In this document: positions 1 to 9,137 of the stretch, piece after piece | Numbering within the stretch: position 1 is the stretch's first letter | Layout: each line of letters starts with the position of its first letter | Assembly (NCBI GenBank): GCA_046290225.1 | Contig: JBKAGE010000054.1 | Location: 1-64,000, forward strand | Reading direction: 5' to 3' | DNA: 64,000 bases | Origin: Bradymonadia bacterium | GTDB lineage: Bacteria; Myxococcota_A; Bradymonadia; UBA7976; UBA1532 | Position numbers and translations under genes: made by a program | Notes under the pieces: generated by a model | What the model saw: the letters and a program-made list of their open reading frames with translations, nothing else | Told to the model about the DNA's origin: nothing | The model's database searches: none

Positions 1-67
1 AAACCCTACACCTCTTTGGCACCAGTACTCGCATTCGCCAATTAGGCTCAACGATACCAACCAAAAT

Positions 68-333
68 GTGTAGGACGATCAGAGCCTCCGGCTACGACTG
101 CGCGCCCATCACTACCCTGATACGCACCCTCACCACTCTGATGTTGTGTACCCGGCTCATGAGGTTGCTGCTCGAAGCCCAAATTGCCCCGCCCCTACAA
201 AGCCATAACCCAGATGTGCACGTGTCCCGCGGAGCGCCGCAGGTGGCGACAGTCGTCGTGAGTGTGGTGAGTTTGCGTGCAGGCGGGGTGGCCCAACCGC
301 AGTCGTAGCCAGCGAAGGCTTTTGCCGGCTACG
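68..333. repeat. REP-like intergenic inverted repeat region
   Basis: GGCTACGACTGCG (90-102) is the exact reverse complement of CGCAGTCGTAGCC (298-310); hairpin CGTAGCC(304-310)...GGCTACG(327-333); several GTAGG/CCTAC motifs; no convincing CDS. Confidence 0.4.
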
Positions 334-411
334 GCGAGGATTGGGACGCCCCGCCTGTGCGTGAAATCGCCGCGCTCACGGCGGCTGGCGCCGCCGAAGG
401 CGCGGAGCCCC

Positions 412-1764
412 CTACATCGCCGATTCGGAGAAGTTCTCGAGGGTGTTCTTGATGTGGCTCATGAACTGGTCGGCCACCGCGCCATCGATCACGCGGTGAT
501 CGAAGCCCAGAGTCAGGTAACCACAGGTGCGGATCACCATCGTGTCCATGCCATCGATGGTGCGGACCTTCACCCGCTTCTCGATGGTGCCCACCCCGAG
601 GATCGCCGTGGAAGGCTGGGGGATGATCGGCGTGCCCCACTGGCTGCCGAAGATGCCGGGGTTGGTGATGGAGAAGGTCAGGCCGGCGACCTCGTCGGGC
701 TTGAGCTTCTTGCTGCGGCTGCGGGCGCCGAGATCAGCGATGGTCTTCGACAGGCCGATCATCGAGAGCTCGTCGGCCCCCTTCACCACGGGCACGATGA
801 GGCCCCAGTCAAGGGCCACGGCGATGCCGAGGTTGATGTCGCCGCGGTACACCACGTTCTCACCATCGTGAGAGGTGTTCACGATGGGGTGAGCCCGCAG
901 CGCGTCGACAGCGGCCTTCGCCAGGAAGGTGGTGAAGGTCAGCTTGGCGCCACGCTCGGCGTACTGCGCCTTGAACTTGCGCCGCAGCATGTCGACGCGG
1001 GTGTAGTCCACCTCGAAGCAGGTGTGCACGTGGGCGCTGTAGCTCTTCGACTCGATCATGCGATCGCTGATCACGCGACGCATGGCGCTCATGGGCTCGA
1101 TGCTGTCGCGCTCGCCCATGCGCACGGGCACCTTGGGGATGCCCAGCTCCACCCGGCCGGCGGGGGCCGCGGCGGCAGGGGCAGCAGCCGGCGCAGCGGC
1201 CGGTGCTGCCGCAGCAGGAGCGGCGGCAGCCTTGTGGGCCCCAGACTCAATGTAGGCCAGGATGTCCTTCTTCGTCACCCGGCCGTCCATGCCGCTGCCG
1301 GTGACGTTCTGGATGTCGATGCCATGCTCCTCGGCGATGCGGCGCACGACGGGCGTCGACCGCGTGCGGCGAAGCTCCGAGGCGCTCATCTCCGAGCGGG
1401 GCTTGTCGGCCACGGCGGGGGCCGCAGGGGCAGCGGGTGCTGCGGCAGGGGCAGCCGCTGCGGGGGCAGCATCAGCAGCAGGCGCCGCAGCGGGCGTTGC
1501 AGCGGGGGCCGCGCCAGCGGACTCACCAGCAGCGCCCATCACCGCCACGATGGTGCCCACCTCGACGGTCTCGCCTTCTGGCACCTTGATCTCCAGGAGC
1601 ACCCCGGATTCAGGGGCGGGAATCTCGGCGTCGACCTTGTCGGTGCTGATCTCGAAGATGGGCTCGTCTCGCTCCACCTCGTCGCCCACAGCCTTGAGCC
1701 ACCGCACGATGGTGCCCTCGGCCACCGACTCCCCCATCTGGGGCATGATCACGTTCGTCGCCAT
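412..1764 (-). CDS. 2-oxoacid dehydrogenase E2, dihydrolipoamide acyltransferase
   Basis: Lipoyl domain (EISTDKVDAEI), Ala/Pro linkers, peripheral subunit-binding domain (TPVVRRIAEEHGID...GSGMDGRVTKKD), catalytic FDHRVIDGA; substrate class (pyruvate/2-OG/branched-chain) not resolved. Confidence 0.95.
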   Translation of the reverse strand: MATNVIMPQMGESVAEGTIVRWLKAVGDEVERDEPIFEISTDKVDAEIPAPESGVLLEIKVPEGETVEVGTIVAVMGAAGESAGAAPAATPAAAPAADAAPAAAAPAAAPAAPAAPAVADKPRSEMSASELRRTRSTPVVRRIAEEHGIDIQNVTGSGMDGRVTKKDILAYIESGAHKAAAAPAAAAPAAAPAAAPAAAAPAGRVELGIPKVPVRMGERDSIEPMSAMRRVISDRMIESKSYSAHVHTCFEVDYTRVDMLRRKFKAQYAERGAKLTFTTFLAKAAVDALRAHPIVNTSHDGENVVYRGDINLGIAVALDWGLIVPVVKGADELSMIGLSKTIADLGARSRSKKLKPDEVAGLTFSITNPGIFGSQWGTPIIPQPSTAILGVGTIEKRVKVRTIDGMDTMVIRTCGYLTLGFDHRVIDGAVADQFMSHIKNTLENFSESAM

Positions 1765-1836
1765 CGGCTCAGCCTCTCCTTGTCAGTTCGGTCATTCGAT
1801 GAGGAGCAATATGCTCTCGTCGCGTGTTCAGAATCA

Positions 1837-2841
1837 TCAATATGCGAGCAGGGCCCTGGCGGCCTGCGCCACATCGGCCACCTGAGGCAGGAACGCCGCC
1901 TCGAGGGCCTTGTTGTACGGCACCGGGGTGTCGGCGGCGGTCACTCGACGCACCGGGGCGTCGAGCCACTCGAAAACCGACTCGTTGATGCGGCTGGTGA
2001 TCTCGCCGGCGAGGCCCGCGGTGCGGGTGTCTTCGTGTACCAGCAGCACCCGGCCACAGTCCCGGACCGATTGGAAGATGGCCTCGTCGTCGAGGGGTTG
2101 CAGCGTGCGCAGATCGACCACCCGGATCTGCGCCCCGTCTTCTGCAGCAATCAGCTCTGCCGCTTCCAGTGATTTGTGCACCATGGCCCCGTACGTGATG
2201 ATGGCCAGGTCGTCGCCTTCGCGGCGCACGGCGGCCTTGCCGATCTCGCCCACCACCTCGCGGCCGGGCAGCTCTGCCCGCAGCGCCGGGGCCCGATACA
2301 GCGCCTTGTGCTCGATGAACAACACCGGATCTGGATCTCGGATGGCGGCCTTGAGCAACACCTTCGCGTCGGCGGCGGTGCTGGGCTCGATCACCTTCAG
2401 GCCTGGGGTCTTGATGAAGTACATCTCGATGGACTGGCTGTGGAACGGGCCACCGCCTACGCCGGCGCCAGAAGGGCCCCGGACCACGATGGGGATGTCG
2501 GCGCCCCAGCGATACCGGCACTTGGCGGCGAAGTTGGTGAGCATGTCGAAGCCGCAAGAGATGAAGTCGAGGAACTGCATCTCCGCCACGGGGCGCAGCC
2601 CCTGCAGCGCCGCACCGACGGCGGCGCCGATGATGCCCGCTTCGGCGATGGGGGTGTCGATGACGCGATCAGCGCCGAAGTGCTCGAGGAAGCCGTCGGT
2701 GAGCTTGAAGGCACCGCCGTAGACGCCGATGTCCTCGCCGAGCAGGAACACCCGCTCGTCGTCTTCCATCTCTTCCCAGAGGGCCTCTCTCACTGCTTCG
2801 ATATAGGTCTTCACGGTCTCTACCGGCCTGCGCTCGCTCAT
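1837..2841 (-). CDS. 2-oxoacid dehydrogenase E1 beta subunit
   Basis: LLGEDIGVYGGAF, DTPIAEAGIIG, PVAEMQFLDF, HSQS, VVDLRTLQPLD; ATG at 2841 overlaps the upstream stop (ATGA). Confidence 0.95.
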   Translation of the reverse strand: MSERRPVETVKTYIEAVREALWEEMEDDERVFLLGEDIGVYGGAFKLTDGFLEHFGADRVIDTPIAEAGIIGAAVGAALQGLRPVAEMQFLDFISCGFDMLTNFAAKCRYRWGADIPIVVRGPSGAGVGGGPFHSQSIEMYFIKTPGLKVIEPSTAADAKVLLKAAIRDPDPVLFIEHKALYRAPALRAELPGREVVGEIGKAAVRREGDDLAIITYGAMVHKSLEAAELIAAEDGAQIRVVDLRTLQPLDDEAIFQSVRDCGRVLLVHEDTRTAGLAGEITSRINESVFEWLDAPVRRVTAADTPVPYNKALEAAFLPQVADVAQAARALLAY

Positions 2842-4211
2842 GACTGTGTGTCGTCTACCATCTGCCGAGCCCCCTCGAGTGTAGAGAGGGCGTGCGCCGC
2901 CGCGAGGCTGAGCGCTCGAGCCCAGCTCGACTGGGGCCATGGGGTCTCGATCAGCTCGTGGAGGGTGGCCTCCATCTCCATCAGAGGCAAGGCCGCCGTC
3001 AAGATCGGCTCGACCTCGGCACCTGCGGCATACACCGCCAGCAGCTCGCCGTGGGCGCGCTCGGCCACCACCCTCACCTGACCCCAGGGCTGCCCGGCGA
3101 CACGGGCTGCGGTGAGGGCCCCGAGGGGGGCTTCGCCCACGATGAGATCAGTCCGCTCACTGAGGGCTGCCCATGGCGGCCCCACACGGCCGATCTCGGG
3201 GCGACCCCGCAGCAGCGACATCGAAGGCACAGCAGTTTTCGTGCGCACCTCGACCCCCGACAGCTCACCCACGAGCCTGCGCCCGAGCGCACGGCCCTGC
3301 GTGCTCGCTTCGAAGGGCCCTCGAGACCCTGCAGTGGCGCCCACCAGATGCATGTCGGGCCAGGGGCTCGGATCAAGGCCGAGGCCAGGGCGCTCGGGCC
3401 GCTGACGACCGGCGGCCACCAGAAGGTGACTGCCTCGAGCGCCACGGGACTTCCCTTTGGTTCTCGCCGTGACCCGCACCCCGTCTTCACCGGACTCCAC
3501 CTCGGTCACCTCGGCGTCGAGATGTACCGTGACACCTCGGCGAACCAGCATCCGCGCCAGCTCAGCGCTGATGTCCGGCGATTCGTCGGGGAGCAACCTC
3601 GAGTGACGGTGCATCAAGGTCACCTTCACCCCCAGAGCGGCGAAGCTGCTCGCAGCGCTCACGCCCAGAGGACCACCGCCGGCGATGACGAGGTGTCGCG
3701 GGCACTGTTCGAGGGCCATCAAACCCTCGAAGCTCACCACAGGCCCCTCATCGAGCACAGGTGTCGCGGGGAGTGGTCGAGGCCTATCCCCCGTGGCGTG
3801 GACCACCACCCGGCCCTCGAGGATCTGGTCTCCGACCTGGACCCGCTTGCCCGGCGCCAGGGTGCCATGGCCACGCACCACAGTGATGCCCGCACGCTTC
3901 AGCGCGAAGACCTGCTCACCGGCAGCAGTGAGGGCGGCCCGTCGGCTGCGGCGTTTAAGGTCGGACCACACCGCATCGAGATCCAGATCCGTGGGCGCAA
4001 GGCCCGGCAACGCGTCGTTGCGTGCCTCTTCGAGACGGAGCGCAAAGCGATTGAGCACGCCCATCATCACGTGGGGACCATCGCCACCGAGCATCTCACC
4101 TTCGTCGACGAGGGCCACCGAGAGCCCACGGGCAGCGGCCTCCTGGGCCACGCCTCGGCCTCCGGGGCCGCCTCCGATGATGAGCACGTCGTATACGGAC
4201 ATCGCTTTCAC
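2838..4211 (-). CDS. Dihydrolipoamide dehydrogenase (E3)-like flavoprotein lacking catalytic residues
   Basis: YDVLIIGGGPGG FAD motif, ATG motif (HATGDRP), second Rossmann VIAGGGPLG, interface domain; the CxxxxC disulfide and C-terminal HPTxxE are absent; alternative start ATG at 4202. Confidence 0.8.
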   Translation of the reverse strand: MKAMSVYDVLIIGGGPGGRGVAQEAAARGLSVALVDEGEMLGGDGPHVMMGVLNRFALRLEEARNDALPGLAPTDLDLDAVWSDLKRRSRRAALTAAGEQVFALKRAGITVVRGHGTLAPGKRVQVGDQILEGRVVVHATGDRPRPLPATPVLDEGPVVSFEGLMALEQCPRHLVIAGGGPLGVSAASSFAALGVKVTLMHRHSRLLPDESPDISAELARMLVRRGVTVHLDAEVTEVESGEDGVRVTARTKGKSRGARGSHLLVAAGRQRPERPGLGLDPSPWPDMHLVGATAGSRGPFEASTQGRALGRRLVGELSGVEVRTKTAVPSMSLLRGRPEIGRVGPPWAALSERTDLIVGEAPLGALTAARVAGQPWGQVRVVAERAHGELLAVYAAGAEVEPILTAALPLMEMEATLHELIETPWPQSSWARALSLAAAHALSTLEGARQMVDDTQS

Positions 4212-4387
4212 GTCTCCAATGACCGGTCGCTCCGGTCTGCGGATTGCCGGAGGAATCTACGGTGTAAAACATCGATTTACTAGGAGAACAACACGGGGTC
4301 TTTTCCAGAAGCCGATGCGCTCACCGCCTTGACAGGCGTAGCCTGGATGATGGAAGGGAGACACAGATCTTCGAGAGGGACTGTGGT

Positions 4388-5875
4388 GTGATGAAATCGA
4401 TGCACCCTCGATGGCCGTGGCGTCGTGTGCTGAGCACGCTCGGCGCAGTGATCGCGATCACCACCTCTGGCTGCCAGCCTGTCGAGGACGCGATCACGCC
4501 CGACGCCGAGCGCCTCGACGCCACCCCACCCTCGGACATGGCCCCGGGTCGGCCGGACTTCTTCGTCGCTGTGGACAGTGACGTGCCCCCCCGTGACGAC
4601 GCCGCGGACCTCCCAGATGCCGACCTCCCTGACGCCGAAATGCCTGACCTCGAGATCCCTGACGCCGATCTGCCCGACGCCGCGCCGCCCTCTCCTGTAG
4701 ATGTCGCCTGCCCCAGAGCGTGGATCGATCTCGACGATGCCGCTCCGCGTTCGTGCAATGGCCGGCGGGTGCACACCCTCGATCCGGGCTTCGACGTGAA
4801 CTCCGTGGCCATCGCCCGATCGGAGAACGGCAAGCTCGTCTTCGGCTGGGACGTCACCGACTTCGCCGACAGCGGCAATTATCTAGTGCGGGTGGTGAAC
4901 GCTGATGATCTCACCCGGGTGGTGGAGCACACCATCGCCCCGGTCTCGGCCTTTGGTGAGCTCGCCGGGTACCGATCAGCCCTCGGGGTGATCCGCGAGT
5001 CGTTTCACCTGGTCACGTGGAACAGCTCCGACTTCGGCGGCAGCATCAGCCATCGGGAGATCCGCCCTGACGGCGTACTCACCGAGGCCAGCCCCATCGA
5101 TGATCTCGTGGGCCGTCAGGGCAGCCTCGACATGGTGATCGATCCTTCGGGGGTGATCCATGTGGCCTGGCACGACACCGCCACGGGTCAGTTCAAAATC
5201 AGCACCCGCGAAGAGCCCGGCGCGCCATGGTCCGACCCGTTCGAGTTCGACACTGATCTCGACATGGAGCACGGCGGCGACGGCGCCATCGCAGTGGACG
5301 TCGACCCCGACGAGCGGCTGCACGTGGCCTATCAACTCACGCTGAGCCGATTCGGCGCCGCGCCACGGGCCCGCAGCCTGCTCGGCGACCAGTGGACGCT
5401 GCGTCAAACGCTGGACAACTTCGCCAACGCCAGGGTCAGCGGCATCGGCCTCGACATCGTGGCCCTCGAAGAAGAGCGGGTGGGCATCTACCTCGACTGG
5501 CTCGCTGGCACCGGCGAGATTCGTCTGGTGCGCTGGCGCAACGGCGAAGCAGAGCCTCAGGTGGAGATCCTCGAACCCGGATTGCCTCTGGAAGAGCCGC
5601 CCGCACGCTACCCCATGGCCATGGCCGCGGACGACGAAGGTCTGCTGCACGTGGTGATGCTCAACGTCGGCGGCCAGGGGGTAAACACCCTCGAGTACCG
5701 GCGTCAGGTGCGCATCGACGGCCGCGTTCGGTGGCTCACGGACGTCATCGACGATGATGTGGAGTCATCAGGGCTTGCCGTGGACATGGTCCTCGACCCG
5801 GCGCTCCGGGTGCCCCACGTGATCTTCTACGACCCGCGGAATGGCTTCCACGCCTACGCGACGGTGGAGTTCTGA
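4388..5875 (+). CDS. Lipoprotein with acidic pentapeptide linker and probable beta-propeller
   Basis: Signal peptide with lipobox TSGC; DADLP/DAEMP repeats; recurring D-x-x-G-x-x-H-V-A-W/Y blade-like motifs. Confidence 0.65.
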   Translation: MMKSMHPRWPWRRVLSTLGAVIAITTSGCQPVEDAITPDAERLDATPPSDMAPGRPDFFVAVDSDVPPRDDAADLPDADLPDAEMPDLEIPDADLPDAAPPSPVDVACPRAWIDLDDAAPRSCNGRRVHTLDPGFDVNSVAIARSENGKLVFGWDVTDFADSGNYLVRVVNADDLTRVVEHTIAPVSAFGELAGYRSALGVIRESFHLVTWNSSDFGGSISHREIRPDGVLTEASPIDDLVGRQGSLDMVIDPSGVIHVAWHDTATGQFKISTREEPGAPWSDPFEFDTDLDMEHGGDGAIAVDVDPDERLHVAYQLTLSRFGAAPRARSLLGDQWTLRQTLDNFANARVSGIGLDIVALEEERVGIYLDWLAGTGEIRLVRWRNGEAEPQVEILEPGLPLEEPPARYPMAMAADDEGLLHVVMLNVGGQGVNTLEYRRQVRIDGRVRWLTDVIDDDVESSGLAVDMVLDPALRVPHVIFYDPRNGFHAYATVEF

Positions 5876-5912
5876 GAGGTCCGCCATTGTGTGTGAGGAC
5901 CTCTGAGCGCGG

Positions 5913-6749
5913 TCAGCTCGGCTGCTGCTCGTCGGCCTTCTCGGTGACTGGGTCTGCACCGTCGAAGATGACCTCGACACGGTTCACCACCTGACGAATC
6001 GGCGGCATCTCCAGGGCCCTCACCTCAGTGCGCTCCACCACCAGGTTCGGATCAGAGTGCGCGGCGTGCTTCGCCGGCAGCCGGGTCAGCTCATCGGCGG
6101 TGAACTGCCGGACCACCTTGCGACGCTGCCAGTACGACCCGCGCTTGAAGAAGGCAGGATAATCATTCCAGTTCACCCCCTTCTCGTGCAGCATGTCGTG
6201 CAGCTCCGAGCCCCGCTTGTGCATGGTCTGCTTGTGGCTGAAGTGGGCCCTGGCCGCCATGCTCAGGCTGTTGCGCACGGCGTCTTGCTCGCGCCAGACC
6301 AGCGTGTTCACCGCCTCAGCCTTTGTGGGCAATGACCACACCCGGCAATCGAAGACCGGCAGCTTGTGGGCCCGGTCGGGCAAATGCTCTGCCAGCAGCG
6401 TGTTGAACTTCACGCTGGTCATCGCCGCGAGGATCGACACCAGCTTCTGAATCCGGCCGTCGAAGAAGATCTGACTCTTCAAATCATCGCTGTAGAAGAT
6501 CAGGCTGATCTCGTCGGACTGGGTGTAGCCCACCCGGGCCTGGGTCTCCTCGACGAGATACTTCGTCGTCTCGATCATGATCTGGGACAGCGCAGGCTCA
6601 TAGGGACGCTGCATACCCTGGGTGAACTTCGAGAACCCTCGACCATCGATACGCGCGCAGATGGGGAGCAAGGGCAGAAAGCGACGCCCCGCCTCCACCT
6701 GCTCGTACATCTTCATGCGATCGCCCATCGTCATGCCATCTCTGCTCAT
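5913..6749 (-). CDS. tRNA(His) guanylyltransferase Thg1-like protein (3'-5' RNA polymerase, TLP)
   Basis: ARIDGRGFSKFT, YTQSDEISL, FDGRIQK, FDCR, WREQDAVRNS motifs. Confidence 0.92.
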   Translation of the reverse strand: MSRDGMTMGDRMKMYEQVEAGRRFLPLLPICARIDGRGFSKFTQGMQRPYEPALSQIMIETTKYLVEETQARVGYTQSDEISLIFYSDDLKSQIFFDGRIQKLVSILAAMTSVKFNTLLAEHLPDRAHKLPVFDCRVWSLPTKAEAVNTLVWREQDAVRNSLSMAARAHFSHKQTMHKRGSELHDMLHEKGVNWNDYPAFFKRGSYWQRRKVVRQFTADELTRLPAKHAAHSDPNLVVERTEVRALEMPPIRQVVNRVEVIFDGADPVTEKADEQQPS

Positions 6750-6753
6750 CGCG

Positions 6754-8004
6754 CTACATCCTCATCCAGCCCACGGCCACACCGACGCCCACGGCCACCC
6801 CCACGGCGATGGCCACCCACAGCTTGTTGTTCCGACTCGGCGCGGCCTCTTCCTGAATGTTGTGGGTCGTCGACGGCACCTCTGTGGTCCCCCCCATGGG
6901 GGTCACCATCGTCGCGCCGCCCTCGGGGGTGTTCGTCATCATGGTGGGCATCTGATCGAGATCAAAGGCCTCGGTGTCTCTCGACCCACCATCATCGGCC
7001 TCAGCAGCTTCGCCCAGACCATCCCAGTCGATGGCCTCCAGGGCCTCGCGCATGGACTGCGCGTCGGGCAGCCGATCGTCGGGGTTCTTGTTGAGCATCT
7101 GCTCCACGAGGGCCTTCAACGCAGGTGGCACATCGGGCCGGTCAGGCAGAGGCGGCGGTGCCACGCCGGCCACCTTGATGATCAGCTGCACCGCGTCGGT
7201 GTCGGTGAACGGCACCTCGCCGGCGATGGCTTTGTAGAGGATCACGCCCACCGAGTAGAGGTCGGAGCGGCCGTCGACATCGACGAGGCCCCGGGCCTGC
7301 TCGGGGCTCATGTAGTGAGGCGTGCCCAGGCGGGTGCCCTCGTTGGTCAGGCGACTTGAGTCGGCGCCGCTCACCCGCTTGGCGATGCCGAAGTCGAGCA
7401 GCCGGATGTCGGGGAGCGCGTCGGGCTGCTCACGCTGGTTGAGCACCATGATGTTGTCGGGCTTGATGTCGCGGTGCACCAGGCCCCGCTCGTGGGCCAC
7501 CTCGAGGACCTCGAGCAGCTGGATCACGAGCTGCACGATGTCGTGGATCGACATCTGCTTGAGAGCGTACGACAACGGCTTGCCGTCGATGTACTCCATC
7601 ACCATGTAGAGCGTGCCGTCGGGCTGTGCACCAAAGTCGTGCAGGGTGACCACCTTGGGGTGATCCAGCTCGGCAATGACCCGAGCCTCTCGCATGAAGC
7701 GGGCTTTGAGCTCCTCGGCTCGGGCCCCGCCGTCACCACCCTCCAAGGGGGCGATGACCTTGATGGCCACATGGCGGCGCACCGCGAGCTGCTGTGAGCG
7801 ATACACCGCCCCCATACCCCCGAGGCCCAGGATGCCCAGGATCGGATACTTCTCACCGAGCACCCGACCGAGGTAGGGGTCCTGAGGATCTTTGGCGTGC
7901 TCCCGCCTGGAGATCAGGTACGACCCGTCGTGGGGGCAGCGATAGACCTTCTCGGCGTCGGGGGTGTAGCCGCACAGATGACAGATGTAGTTGATCTTAC
8001 CCAC
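6754..8004 (-). CDS. Membrane-anchored Ser/Thr protein kinase with N-terminal Zn-ribbon
   Basis: CHLCG..CPHDG, GLGGMG, VAIK, HRDIKPDN, DFG, GTPHYMSPE, C-terminal hydrophobic helix; GTG start at 8004 chosen because the longer ORF overlaps def. Confidence 0.9.
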   Translation of the reverse strand: MGKINYICHLCGYTPDAEKVYRCPHDGSYLISRREHAKDPQDPYLGRVLGEKYPILGILGLGGMGAVYRSQQLAVRRHVAIKVIAPLEGGDGGARAEELKARFMREARVIAELDHPKVVTLHDFGAQPDGTLYMVMEYIDGKPLSYALKQMSIHDIVQLVIQLLEVLEVAHERGLVHRDIKPDNIMVLNQREQPDALPDIRLLDFGIAKRVSGADSSRLTNEGTRLGTPHYMSPEQARGLVDVDGRSDLYSVGVILYKAIAGEVPFTDTDAVQLIIKVAGVAPPPLPDRPDVPPALKALVEQMLNKNPDDRLPDAQSMREALEAIDWDGLGEAAEADDGGSRDTEAFDLDQMPTMMTNTPEGGATMVTPMGGTTEVPSTTHNIQEEAAPSRNNKLWVAIAVGVAVGVGVAVGWMRM

Positions 8005-8584
8005 GGGCAGTCTCGGCGTAGCGAAGGTTGATCGCCTCGGCCCGGGCGGTGAACGCCGCCTGGTGAAATTTGGCGAAGTTGGCCCAGGTGGTGAAGGTGC
8101 TGGGATCAGTGACCCGATCGAGGAACAGCAACCCCTCGAGGTGGTCGAGCTCGTGCTGCACGGTGCCGGCGAGCAGGCCGCGGGCTTCGAGGGTGAAGGG
8201 GGACCCATGCCGGTCGAGGGCGTCCACCTTCACGTGCATGGGTCGGGGCACCACCCCGCGGAGATCGGGCACCGACAGACAGCCCTCGTAGATGGCCTCC
8301 ACAGTTTCACCGAGCACGGTGAGCTGCGGGTTGATGAAGACGGTGAGCGGGTGAGCGGGCTTGTACGGATAACGGGCGTTGGGGCGGCTGTGCGCCACCG
8401 CCACCGACAACGGCACACCAACCTGAGGGGCCGCGAGGCCTGCCCCGTTGGCGTCGTACATGGTCTCGATCAAATCGTCGATGAGTTGTTGAATCTCATC
8501 ACCGCTGATCTGTGAAGGGTCGACCGGCGCGGCCACTTGCCGCAGCACCGGATCGCCCAGAGTTCTGATGGGCCGAACCGCCAT
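7997..8584 (-). CDS. def: Peptide deformylase
   Basis: GAGLAAPQVG, EGCLS, QHELDHLEG motifs; start MAVRPIRTLGDPVLR. Confidence 0.95.
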   Translation of the reverse strand: MAVRPIRTLGDPVLRQVAAPVDPSQISGDEIQQLIDDLIETMYDANGAGLAAPQVGVPLSVAVAHSRPNARYPYKPAHPLTVFINPQLTVLGETVEAIYEGCLSVPDLRGVVPRPMHVKVDALDRHGSPFTLEARGLLAGTVQHELDHLEGLLFLDRVTDPSTFTTWANFAKFHQAAFTARAEAINLRYAETARG

Positions 8585-8669
8585 GTCTCCCCTATTCTCC
8601 GCCCTCATGTGAAGGCCTGTCGGGCTCTCCCACGCCCGAGCGGCCTTCACTCAAAGCCCGCCCTCGCCC

Positions 8670-9119
8670 TCACGCCTCGCGGTAGTGAGGCACCCAGCCG
8701 CTCATGTCCTTGAACAACCGCACGCACCGGATGTGCTTGCGCTCGGTGAGCATGAACCGGTGGTGGCGATCCTTGGGCACCACGATCAAGTCACCGGCTT
8801 CGACCTGTACCCGCATCCACTGGTCGTCGGTGGAGCGGATGTCGAAGATGCCCTCACCCTCGAGCACGAAGCGGACCTCGTCCTCGGTGTGCAGGTGCTC
8901 GTCGATGAACTTGGCGCAGATGCCGTCGAGGTTCGGAGTGTCGGGCTTGAGCTCGACGACGTCTTGCTCGATGTAGCCCTTCTCCGCCTTGAGCACGTCG
9001 ACGTCGGGCTGATAGCCGGCCTCGTCGGTGGGCAGCTGAACGTTGTAAACACCCTGTCCGTTGAGGAACTCGGCGGTGATGGCGCCCTTCTCCGGGGCGT
9101 CGAGCCAATGGGCCTTCAT
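8670..9119 (-). CDS. mtnD: Acireductone dioxygenase (ARD cupin)
   Basis: EHLHTEDEVRF...GDLIVVP...HHRF; adjacent to mtnB. Confidence 0.92.
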   Translation of the reverse strand: MKAHWLDAPEKGAITAEFLNGQGVYNVQLPTDEAGYQPDVDVLKAEKGYIEQDVVELKPDTPNLDGICAKFIDEHLHTEDEVRFVLEGEGIFDIRSTDDQWMRVQVEAGDLIVVPKDRHHRFMLTERKHIRCVRLFKDMSGWVPHYREA

Positions 9120-9137
9120 GAAAAACTCCTCGATGCT

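Noticed and set aside
66..308. 80-aa ORF at the window start
   Set aside because: Atypical codon usage, no motif, overlaps the inverted-repeat region
277..2172. 631-aa plus-strand ORF and similar long antisense ORFs (2892-4283, 15790-18033, 52820-54595 etc.)
   Set aside because: Shadow frames opposite well-supported genes, expected from high-GC codon bias; no recognisable motifs
8005..8208. N-terminal extension of the kinase ORF; likewise the extensions at 2842-2940, 14092-14265, 25286-25450, 49263-49436, 50294-50485 and 54745-54873
   Set aside because: They overlap neighbouring genes or promoters; downstream starts have an RBS, signal peptide or domain boundary
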